A stretch of DNA of 63,962 nucleotides, the filler included, from Octopus bimaculoides (Eukaryota): NCBI RefSeq assembly GCF_001194135.2. It is 8 parts of 7 records of this genome, joined end to end, with 100 filler letters (N's around TTAATTAATTAA, not from the genome) between each part and the next. Parts side by side here need not be neighbours in the genome. Positions count along the whole stretch, not along the records: positions 62,920 to 63,962 come from NC_068984.1; 7 more parts are not named here. One strand, given 5' to 3'. The translations under genes were made by a program, and so were the position numbers. Shown one piece after another: positions 63,823 to 63,962 of the stretch. The notes under the pieces are model-generated. The model was not told the origin of the DNA, ran no database searches, and saw only the letters and a list, made by a program, of their open reading frames with translations. Numbering within the stretch: the first letter of the stretch is position 1; the number at the start of each line of letters is the position of its first letter.

Positions 63823-63962
63823 ATCATGGACGGACGGTAGACACATCGGCTCCCATGTAAGTTGCATTTTTCACCTCTTAAAAGACCTATTTTGTTTTAA
63901 AATTTTGTATAAGTTGTGTATAACACAAAATACTTCGTGAACATATATTTTTCAAATCGGAA

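Noticed and set aside
29600-63962. Upstream SRD5A-like exons and further COG1 exons
   Set aside because: No matching frames found in the non-repetitive stretches I read; small exons could have been missed.
1-63962. CRISPR array, rRNA or prokaryotic/viral system
   Set aside because: No repeat-spacer arrays, operon-like ORF clusters or rRNA-like sequence; spliced genes and eukaryotic transposons throughout.

Overview
AT-rich, microsatellite-laden animal genomic DNA; the repeat landscape suggests a coleoid cephalopod such as Octopus (inference). It is a draft assembly: seven identical 100-bp spacers (N44-TTAATTAATTAA-N44) split the window into eight pieces whose adjacency is not shown by the sequence. 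Host genes seen: three in-phase coding exons of an FBXO28 orthologue (+, 16761-23842, F-box exon missing), the last coding exon of a steroid 5-alpha-reductase-like gene (-, 29507-29573) and two consecutive COG1-like exons (+, 43892-47922). The rest is decayed transposons: Helitron, Tx1-like ORF1, RTE with an internal PHD finger, Penelope-like RT, R4/Dong, CR1-group, mariner and maT transposases, MITEs, several tRNA-derived SINE families and simple repeats. Most notable: a head-to-head palindromic tRNA-headed SINE whose tails carry minimal hammerhead-ribozyme motifs (11377-11893), further hammerhead relics, an ORF1-only Tx1-like element, R4/Dong fragments sitting in (TAA)n, and an RTE 3' end with inverted tails. 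All identifications were made by eye, without database searches.
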